From the NCBI GenBank assembly GCA_964016885.1, contig OZ024743.1, positions 122,636,001-122,700,000 on the forward strand: 64,000 nucleotides of DNA, written 5' to 3'. Positions within the stretch are counted from its first letter, which is position 1, and every line of letters begins with the position of its first letter. Made by a program: the position numbers and the translations under genes. Positions 53,731 to 64,000 of this stretch are shown piece by piece. The notes beneath the pieces are model-generated. The model worked only from the letters and a program-made list of their open reading frames with translations. It had not been told where the DNA came from and made no database searches. The DNA is from Eledone cirrhosa (Eukaryota).

Positions 53731-56700
53731 TTTCTCTTTCTCTTAATTTCAAGTACATTTTTGACTGGCCACCTTCCTGGTGGCAAGGTTGTAAAAGAAA
53801 AGAAATTGTTATCCCTTGAATCGCAAGAATATTTTGCAAATTTTGAAGGTGTCAGCTATCGCAGCCAATTGTAGTCTATGAATTAGGTTGCTGCGCTCTT
53901 TTTCCACAAATCCAAGTTCAGTTATACTTTGGTCCAAGCGGGTTGGTATATAACCCGTACCACCAATAATGATGATTATGAAGCTGAAGGTCTATCTTGG
54001 ATACTGGATCTGCAAACTCCTCATCAATGGTCCGTAGATGTCCTCCTCTTGTATTTTTCTTACAACGTTTACATCAAGAGGGGAGCTGATCTTTACAACA
54101 GAGCACGTTTTCTATGTGTGGTCCCAAATAACAATATTGTTGTGCTTTAATTTGGTGGCAGTTTTTATTTTCAGGTTCCACCAGTATTCTTATTCATTTA
54201 TTTTTAATATTGCTTTCCTAGTGCGCTCCAGATCGTTCTAGCTATCACATCGTGTCTCATAGGAAGGTAGTAGGAAGACGACATTCTTTCGCAGTTGGCA
54301 ACAATGTGGCTTACATCTTTGATCTTTGTTTTACATAGCCTACATTTATTGTCGACTGATGGCCCTCCTCTTTTGTGTAGCAGATATTTGGTAGGGATTT
54401 CTTGTTCCTGTATTACATAGAGATATCCTTCAAGGTGGGATGTCATAAACTTGTCGGAACTCCATGCCAGGCTTTTTGAATGATTTATCCCCTCTGTGGT
54501 CTGTGTTTTTCGTCTCAGGTAACCATGCACAACTTTCTCTGTAAATTGGTCCCTTTTCTTAAATCTTGCTCGAACATTGAATACGATCTTCCACTTTCCC
54601 TGGGAAAGAGATTTATATCAGGCCTTATTCTATATCTCTCTTCCAGATCAGTGGCTATCTTAATGATATTATTTCCTTCAGTGGATTGGCAGTATCGGTA
54701 GAGGGTCGGACGCCATGCTTTGACGTACAGAGTTACGGCTCTTGCCATTCTGAGTTCAAATCCCGCCGAGGTTAACTTTGCCTTTCATCCTTACAGGGTC
54801 TATAAAATAAAGTACCAGTAATGTACTGGGTAATTGCTGGTCTTGTGCCAAAAGTAGAAACAATTATTTTCCATGTTGTCGTGGATTCTATGGTGGGTGG
54901 TGGATTTGCAATATCGGTAGAGCGTCGGACTCTATGCTTTGCAACATAGACTTTGGGCCCTTTACATTCTGCGTTCAAATCCCTTTCATCCTTACGGGCT
55001 CGATAAAGTAAAGTACAAGTAATGCGCTAGGATAATTGCTGGCCTTGTGCCAAAAGTAGGAACAATTATATTCTATGGTGCCTCTCAAATGAAACTAATT
55101 GGTCCATTCTTGTATGTTACAGTAACACTCCATATTCTAACTTCCCTTTGAAATGATGTGTCTCCCCACCGATTACGCCCCCACATGAATTTTTTTAAAC
55201 TTCAAAGTCCCTCTTTTCCTTATTTTTCCAAGTTCATGTGCTGTTTCTACCGTTTTCCTCTCTCATCCTCCAGCAGTTATTCTTTCGCCCGGCCCTGCAT
55301 CCTAATTGCTGGCCTTGTGCCAAAACTAGAAACAACTATTTCCTCCATGGCTTAAAAACTTGGGCAAGATGGTTGGTGAAATTTTTCTTCTGTTGAAGAT
55401 GTTTCTTCAGTGTTACTATCCGGGTCTCGTATGATGTTAATATGGATTTTAGGCCCCGGCCACCTTCCGTGCGTGAGAAGTATAGCCTATCCACATCACC
55501 ATTGATGTTAAAGTTTCCAGCAACACTGAGAACCTTGCGAGTTCTTACATTCATCTCATTTAATTCTAACAATGACCAGTTCAGCAGGCCAAATGTTGGC
55601 GTTAGGATTGGCACAGCATAAATATTATGGGCAATGTATTTGTTGTACGCTGATCGTTCTGATTACCATATTTTCTTTACTCTCCTGAGGTATTCTTTTC
55701 TGGTTCTCTCCTTATATATGGGTCCATCATATCTGACATTCTCATCCTGTCTAAGATATCTGTAGTTGTCCCCTGACTGTAAAGGTTGTATTGTTAAGCC
55801 GTTCATTTCTAGATTTCCAGAAGAGGGCACAACCCTTCCATGTTTTACTGTCAAATATGCACATTTGGACTCACAAAATTTCATTCTGATGTCTGCAAAA
55901 AATTGTGTAATGAGGTCTATTGTTTTTTGATATAGTTGGAATTTGGCCTATACAACTTCAGGTCATCAACAAAGAAAATATGGGGGATACTTCTGTACCA
56001 ACGTCTACAACCAGTTTGTTTTGTGAGCATGTATGATTGTGGGTTTAGTGAGAGGACGAAGAGCAGCACTGATAAGCTATCACCCTGAAATATGCCTTTC
56101 TGGTAGTGTATTGTATCAGACTTAATTTGCTCCCTCTCACCGCTAAGGATCAAATTGGTGTACCAGTTCTTGGTCAGGCACTCAACAGCAGTTACTAGTA
56201 GTTATGGGACTTTGGCTAACTGTAAACCCTTAATAATCCAGCCATGAGGTACACTATCAAAAGCCTTCTAATAGTCCAGCCACACCACAATCATGTTCCT
56301 GCGATTCTTTGCTGTTTTTTCGTGTAACATTTTATTTGTTAGTAGGTGATCTATGCAGCCCCACACCTTGTTTCCACCATCTTACTCAGGTGTTATAATG
56401 TTGTTGGTGGCACAATGATCCTGTAAGAACAGATTAAGGCACCTAGTGTATAATTTATACATAATGTTCTGGCAGGCTATTGGGCAGTAATTTTTAGCAA
56501 GGGTGGCTATTTTGGGGGATGAGGAGAGAAGTGGCAGTTGATAACCATTGGAGCAGTTGTTGTGTGCCTCTGATGGTTTCTCTAAACAGCCGTATGAGAT
56601 CTTGCCGATAGAAGGTGAAATTCTTTAGCCAGTATTCTGTTATGAGGTCTGGGCCTTGTGATTTCCTATTTGACATTTTCTGTAGAGCTGTTTCCAGTAT

Positions 56701-56740
56701 TGACCCATCTATGTCAAACTGTTTTGTCAGGTCATATTGT
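53731..56740 (-). mobile_element. Second R4/Dong-like copy, interrupted by SINEs
   Basis: Colinear paralog of 50801-53640 (GIFQGDSLS, FFVDDLKLY, CRLCK…HIVANC). Insert at 54680-55350. Confidence 0.9.
54680..55068 (+). mobile_element. Two family-A SINEs (54680-54868, 54897-55068); further tail fragment at 55303-55337
   Basis: Sequence match. Confidence 0.88.
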
Positions 56741-56778
56741 TTTGTTTGTCTGTCTGTCTGTAAGTATGTATGTGTATT

Positions 56779-56809
<31 letters not shown>

Positions 56810-56869
56810 GTATGTATTCAGTCATTTGTGTATGTTAAATGGTCCGAAAGTGAATAATTTTCACGGAGC

Positions 56870-59800
56870 AGATGTCGCTGTGCATTGCAGCGATGCAGCT
56901 TCTGAAAATGTTCCCGAAGCCGGCTGCCGCAAGACTCGATGCGACACAACTATGGTCAATCCTATAGAAAGCTTTCGATTGATCTAAGTTGTTTAGGGTT
57001 CAACTCTTATCAGGTTCCTTAGTCACACTCTCTATTATATGTCGCATGAGGAGGAAGTTGTCGTGCATATATTTGTTTGGGATACCGTATGTTTGCGCCT
57101 CTCCAACCAGACCACCAGCGCCAATTACGTCGCTAACACCATCGCCAATATTTTGATATCTGCATTTAGTTATGGGCCTAAAATTGTCAGTAGAGTTCGC
57201 CTTCTTTGGGCCCTTTCTTATCAGTGGAACTACCCCTCAGCTTTCAGACCTGGGAATTACCCCGTTTTACTGCCAGTTGCAGTAGACGTCTACCAGAGGA
57301 TACTGAACAAGTTTGGCATGTAAACTTAAGGTTCGTAAGGCAGAACATCTAAACTAGATGATTTGCCCCTCGTGCATTCAATCATTTAAGCGGTTGTTAT
57401 CGGACTTTCGCAACACTCCGTTTTCGTGGCCGAGAGCCATGGCAGACCTTTAAGCTAAGCACTAAAGTCCATCTCATGATCCGGCCCATCACCGTTCTCG
57501 AACTGTTGAGCGACGCGCTGCTCAAAGCTGCAGACATACGCTTGGGATCGAGTAACATGCGCCCGTCGTGATACGCCAAAGGCCGGATTGTGTCTTTGTT
57601 GCCATGATGCACTACTCCATTCAGGCCCATCAAACAGCTTTTGTCCCCTCGTGACCAAGAGCACGCACCCTAGCTCTGACAATGCAACCTTTGTGCTTTG
57701 CATCGAAGAATTGGTCGGGAGTCAATCCGCTGCAAATACGTTAGTTGCGTTGACTTTCATAAAGGCCTCTTCTATATTTCTAAGTAGCTCACGACCTAGT
57801 CTAGTTTTCTCTATCACTACTCCTTTACTAAACCTTATCAATTATACACTAATCGTCCTTTTCAAAGCAAACCACCATTTGTTTATTGTTGACGATTGAC
57901 CCACCAATGCCCGCTTAAGTAATGTACTATTCCGGTCTCTGTAAGTTTCGCGCACCGGAAAGGATGCATTAAGTTTCAAGTATCTGGGTCCCTGTCTATG
58001 AAGCCTATATAAATCGACTGTACAGATCACACATTTGCGGTCTGAGTAGTCGACTAATTTCAAATTTAGATAGCCCATGCTAGCTTTATCTACTTCCCTT
58101 CAGATTATCTAGATATGATTTAGATGACCCAGTGCAGTTTGTCCATGCCCACATCAGCCCATTCAAGAAATCCTGTCGAAATCTATCAGATAATTGGAAA
58201 TGTCTGAGCAGGTTTGCGGGGGTTTTACACACCCCTCTCCTATCTGTTAGCTCCACATAGTCCCAGCATTTAAGATACTCTTCCAGTCGCCCACTAACAT
58301 TAAAGAGCGTGACGTTCCAAGGTAGTTCTCGAGGCGCCTGAAGAAACCAAGCTCTCTTGCCCCTCTCGGAGCATCACACATCCACTAGCCTGAAAGCATA
58401 GCATTTGTTGCTGATCAGGTCCAGCACAACCACCAACTTACCTTCTTGGTTTGTACGGTGACATCCAAACCTTTCCGAAACAACTCAGCAATTCGTTTCC
58501 AGATCTCGGGCGACTTGGAAATGCGTATCTCCCTTAGCCACGGAAATTCTAGTTTCATTGTTGCTACCCCCCCCCCTCCCCAACTATGTTTAGTTGTTTG
58601 AGGTCATTCAGCAGGTGACTCTGCATCAAAGAGGATCCCAGGCTACGGGCTTTTATATTGCCTATTCTGAGTAAGGCCATGTTAGATAAAGAGAAAGAAA
58701 AGTGAGAAAGGTTACTTACCCTGTTCGTTTGGGGGTGGGGGGATGATGATCCTTCCTCCGGCCAGTTGCGTGCACCTCCACAATAATGTCGAGGTATATT
58801 GATTTTGATATGATCTATCGGAAATTTTGTTTAAGTGTGGTGTACGTTTTCTGCTTTATATTCATTTTTAAGTGTGAGCGTAGTGCACATTTTTTGCGTT
58901 GTATTTTTCTTTAACATTGGTGTTGTGTGGGATGTGCTGAATTAGTTGTCTGTTGTTTGTGTTTATTGATGTGTAAAGTGTGGAACGTGTGTGTTTTTGA
59001 TGGGCTTGCGTTTATTGTTGTTGTTGCAGAGGATGGTTTGGTTGTGTTTGGAATGTTGTTGTTAGTGTCTGTTGTGGAATTGATGCTAGTTGTGAAGGTT
59101 GGTTAGGTGGGGATTGCTGTTGGTGTTGCTGGTAGTAGACGCTGTGTGTGTGTTGGCACTATTTGGCTCATCGCTTTAGATTTCTATATTTCCTTCTGAT
59201 TCACCCTCTTTTTTGAGGGTGAAGACAGGGATTTTTCCTTTTTTTCTTTTTCTTTTGCCTGGCTGATTGGCACTCTTTGATTTTGTCCCAATCTATATCG
59301 AACTGTGTGCCATCGGGAAGGAGCATGTCTTCCATGGATGTTGGTGATGGTAATGGTGCTTCGGTTACTGATGTTGGTGCCGATCATGCTGGCTTTACAA
59401 CTGCTGCTATAATAATTGTTATTGTTGGTGTTTCGGCAGTCAGTTTCTTTGTAAGCGGCTTTCGGACTCACACAGAGGAGATATAGGCTTTTTGTCTTGA
59501 GTAATTATCCTTAGATCTATCCAGCAGTATTTCGTCCGGGATTTTGTCTATTTGATTTGGCTTCACCCGCAGCAAGAAATCTCCTCTCCAAATTTATCTC
59601 AGATCATCTTTGACTTCCGCTTCTTTTGAAATCGAAGAGTGTCTCTGGGTCACCAAAGATAACGTATGCGAAGATGCACCACATTTTCAGGCTCAACGGA
59701 AAACCTGGTATTCTCAGTCTAACAGTTTTCTTTAAAAATTGCGTTGGATAGAGGACAAAATCCTTACCTCAACGGGGTTTCACCGAATGTTTTCACGCGA

Positions 59801-59995
59801 GCTCCTAACATTTTAAGAGGACCTCGACTCGATGCTGGGACCATGTCTTGCTCGTTCTATATGCGTCACATCTGACATCACAGCTTTTAGATCCTTCCCC
59901 AGCTGAACAACTGTTACAGATTCAGAATCGCAGCAACACAGTTTTATAGATGACCGTTTCTTTTGCCCTTTCTTACACTATCTTGAGAGGCACCA
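56870..59995 (-). mobile_element. Decayed Tx1/L1-like LINE (ORF1, APE, start of RT)
   Basis: 57842..58078(-) has LVDYSDRKCVICTVDL (APE end). Linker GNKDTIRPL. Colinear with 14310-16600. Confidence 0.72.
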
Positions 59996-60019
59996 TCGAT
60001 GCCGCCTATTTGGGCGCTC

Positions 60020-60356
60020 GGTGGTGGTGGTGGTGGAGGTAGTGGTGGTGGTGATGGTGGTAGTGGTGGTGGTGATGGTGGTAGTGGTGATGGTGATGGT
60101 GGTAGTGGTGGTAGTGTAGTGGTGATGGAGGTGGTGGTGTAGTGGTGGTGGTGGTGGTGTAGTGGTGGTGGTGTAGTGCTGGTGGTGTAGTGGTGGTGGT
60201 GGTAGTAGTGATGTAGTGGTGGTGTAGTGGTGGTGGTGGTATAGTGGTGGTTGTGGTATAGTGGTGGTGGTGGTGGTGTAGTGGTGGTGGTTGTAGTGGT
60301 GGTGGTAGTGGTAGTGGTGTAGTGGTGTTGGTGGTGGTAGTGGTGATGGTGGTGTG
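60020..60356. repeat. (GGT/AGT)-rich low-complexity repeat
   Basis: Directly visible. Confidence 0.92.
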
Positions 60357-60549
60357 GGCGTAAATTTTAGATTTAAAGTTCATATATTTGGACTTTTGGC
60401 CCAAATAATATCGGATCTCCCTTCAGGGCAAACACTGATGTCTTATGTCCCCTTTGCAACAATAATTATCACAAAATACCATTTAAATGAGTGAAAGCAA
60501 ACAGGAGTGATCTAAAATATCTTTCAACAAATGAATGAAGAAAATAATA

Positions 60550-61393
60550 ATTGTTTCTACTTTTGGCACAATACCAGCAATTAACCAGTACATTACTGGT
60601 ACTTTATTTTATACACCCTGTAAGGATGAAAGGCAAAGTTAACCTCGGCGGGGGAAGACAATAATAATAAACATTCACAATTATTTTACATATATACTAT
60701 AATACTAACTTTTTAATGTTTTATATACATAAAGAGCCTAAACAATTATGTAGTATCCAACGCACATATGTTTGGCTCAACGAAAATACTTCTATTCGCT
60801 ATTAGATTAGTGTTTTTATCTCGAGCTCAGCCCTAATCGTCTTTCCCAACCTATGTAACCGTTCTGTCTGTCTATGGGTGTCTAATGCTACATTATGTAA
60901 TGTGCCCTTCCCTTTTTAACGATAATTGTTTCTACTTTTGGCACAAGGCCACCTAGTGCATTACTGGTACTTTATTTTATAGACCCCGTAAGGATGAAAG
61001 GCAAAGTTAACCTCGGCGGGATTTGAACTCAGAATGGCAAGGGCCGTAACTCTATGCGTCAAAGCATGGCGTCCGACCTTCTACCGATACTGCCAATCCA
61101 CCGCCCTTAACGATAATATGATGTCATTTGATGAACATTTGGCCACTATTTCTAGTAGAACGTGTGACTACGTACAGTCTCTCTCTGCGGGTTATTATTG
61201 GATCAATAGGACGGTGGATTGGCAGTATCGGTAGAGGGTCGGACGCCATTCTTTCCAGCATAGCTACGTCCCTTTACGATCTGAGTTCAAATCCCGCCGA
61301 GGTTAACTTTGCCTTTCATCCTTACGCGGTCGATAAAATAAAGTACCAGTAATGCACTGGGTAATTGCTGGCCTTGTGCCTAAAGTAGAAACA
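60550..61393. mobile_element. Three family-A SINEs (60550-60651 - partial; 60927-61106 -; 61208-61393 +)
   Basis: TSDs TTAACGATAAT (60916-60926/61107-61117) and ATTATTGGATCAATAG (61194-61209/61394-61409). Confidence 0.9.
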
Positions 61394-62689
61394 ATTATTG
61401 GATCAATAGTAATTAGCACAATTGTGTCTCATTGTTATCTACGTAACCATCAAATTAGTAGGGACACAAATTCGTATATAATAGGTAGCAGCTTGAAAAC
61501 TATTATCTAAAACTAGAGTTAGCTAATATTGTTCTTTAAATAACACATTGAAATGTCTTACAGGAACACTATTTAATGAATGAGAACTAAATTCAATTTA
61601 AAAGAAATGAGTTTCTACGCAAGGGAACACGAGTAAATTATTGGCAGATTCTATGAATGTAAAAGTAAATAAAATAATCTGTGCCCCCTAAACATAACAA
61701 AAAGATGAAGTGGGTTGAATAAAAATAATTGAGAAAGCATTATGTAATAATGATGATTAAATTTGTGTTTCTAATATGATACAAAAATGTGTTTTTCTCT
61801 TTCCGAGTATTTTTATTCTTCAGTTAGTTTTCCAACTAAAAATTATTGAAAAAAAAGTTTGCCTTATATAAATTCCTATAGAGACAAGGGTTTTATAGAA
61901 TTTTCATCAACGGCAAAATTTCTTAACAAAATCCTTAATTCGTGTGTATCTTTTAAAGAGAGACTAATGCTTTCTCAAAATATATTCTTACATCTTAGAT
62001 AGCCATCCATAATATGCAAACTATACCATGTATGTATTAGTATTTAGTTCCATGTGTTACTAACATGTACAGAATAGCAGATCGAAATTTAATATTTAGA
62101 ACATATAGTATAGTGGTAATTTTCATAAAATATTTTTGAAATTTATCAAAAGTAAGTTTATGTTCTTTCCATATGAATTTGTATACGATAAATAGAAGTA
62201 CATGTTGTGTTATTTATTGACATTCGTGAGCATTTTTATCGAAACAGAGTTTACAACTTATGGCAATGACTGAACAAAAGAAATGAATGAGCTCTGGGGA
62301 AATTAAAAAGACGTGCACACTTCACAATGTACGCAAACCTCCAGTTAATTGACTTTCAGAATGTGATAAATTTACAATGAAAATAGAAACTCCAAACATG
62401 TATTAAATGTGATATTAAAGAAAGCAATAATGTAATTTTATGGAAAGCTCTGAGGCAAAATATCGAGAAATTTAGAAAATCTCCAGAATATAACCAAGCG
62501 TAAATCTTCAATGACAGAGAACATTTAAATGGGAATTGAAAGTTCTATTCAACAGGATTAACGCAATATTACTAACAAAAATTAAACAACACCTTGTAAC
62601 TTATGGAATCAACCAAATAATTCTTCTAAATGTAACAGATTAAAAAAAAATATATACATTCTGTTGTTGCCTAGATAATTTAATTGACG

Positions 62690-63200
62690 TTTATGGGTAT
62701 CATAAGACAACCTCCATGTGCACAAACTGTTTAGCTTCTATATTGTGAATTACATGTGGTCCATATTCCCTAACTTCAATATTGGCCTCACCAGGATGAC
62801 GGTCTTATTTTCTCTCGACAATATGATAGTCAGACATTAGACTCCATGAGTAAAGAACTAATATCTACCTTACATAACCCATACTTTAAGATAACATTAG
62901 ACACTAACTCAACCAAAATGAATTTCCTAGATATAACAATTGCCTTAACAATTGCCTTAACAACTAGTACATATACGCACTTCGAAAAACCAAATGCGGA
63001 ACTTAGATATATTAATAAAAACCTTAGTCATCCTCTTTAAGAATCTTATCTCCACAATCAATCGTAAAATTTTTCTACTATCCTCCACCGAAATCACATT
63101 CGATAAGGAGGGCTACTATAAGATTTTAAAAGACTGCAGCTTCAAAGATTAGATTTTCTACACCCCTTCTGATATCCTGCCCAAGGACCCGGAAACATAC
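62690..63200 (+). mobile_element. Penelope-like element reverse transcriptase remnant
   Basis: QDDGLIFS (degenerate YRDDGL)…KITLDTNSTKMNFLDITI…KPNAELRYINKNLSHP. This matches the PLE RT motifs FLD+T+, KP and SxHP. Frameshifts and stops present. Confidence 0.8.
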
Positions 63201-63420
63201 ACAGAAAAGGCAACTGATTCACATCAGACTTGGATATGTGTCAATATATGTGTAACGTTGTCAAACGGCCTAGCCTAAAGCCATTTTGTTTTGGTCTCAG
63301 GTATACATCAAGTACAAGTTAGATTTGATGCCATAACAACTTGTTTGAGAGCTAAAAAAAGACAGTTCTATTGCATACCCACACTCATGTAAGTTTTTCT
63401 GGTTTTGTGATTTTATGAAT

Positions 63421-63862
63421 TTTTACCAATAGAGAGAGTCGGTTTCTAACATAGACACAAGACTCTCTCATTGTAATTAAACAACATCAGCTAGGTAGAT
63501 ATGTATGCATGTCTAGTTGTATACATGTGTGTGCAGGTATGGATGTTAATGTATGTGTGGATGTATATGTTTTGAGTTATATGTGTGCATGTGCATAGAA
63601 ATTGTATCTGTACATGTGTACATACCGTTATCAGATGCAGAATTTTTGGAATGATTTACATATTTTTACTGTTCCATTAATGGAATGTACTTGTAATTTC
63701 CTAACTAGTCATGTTTCTTCTGTTTCTGTGAAGCCCAGCTTCTCCGATTTGTATTGAGTCTGTTACTAACATATTCCAGTGCCCCAATAATCACAGGTAT
63801 AAATCTGAAGGTAACGTCATGTTGGAGTATCTGCAAATTTCTCATTAGTTTTGCATAGATTA
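63421..63862 (-). mobile_element. 3' fragment of the R4/Dong-like family seen at 49-50.8 kb
   Basis: Colinear with 49925-50370. Confidence 0.85.

Positions 63863-64000
<138 letters not shown>

Overview
AT-rich, repeat-dominated animal genomic DNA with no intact host gene. The SINE families resemble those I recall from octopod cephalopods; that assignment is an inference. The window holds decayed non-LTR retrotransposons (Tx1/L1-like, CRE-like, R4/Dong-like, Penelope), about 20 tRNA-derived SINE copies, Helitrons, a hAT MITE and many microsatellites. The main observation is a set of at least five different non-coding repeat families that each carry a predicted type I hammerhead ribozyme and each sit in (TA)n microsatellite. 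They are a 310-bp tandem array (1851-7495, 18 apparently identical ribozymes), a 593-595-bp array (31671-35522) with a U3-A8 covariant core, and shorter elements at about 7.55, 31.1 and 36.5 kb. Four of the five are head-to-head inverted insertions. In the 310-bp array the inversion breakpoint falls on the predicted self-cleavage site. Remnants of Penelope RT and possibly GIY-YIG endonuclease occur in the same window. The most economical reading is a retrozyme-like system of self-cleaving, possibly circular RNAs mobilised by Penelope-like machinery. Ribozyme folds were derived by eye and activity is untested.
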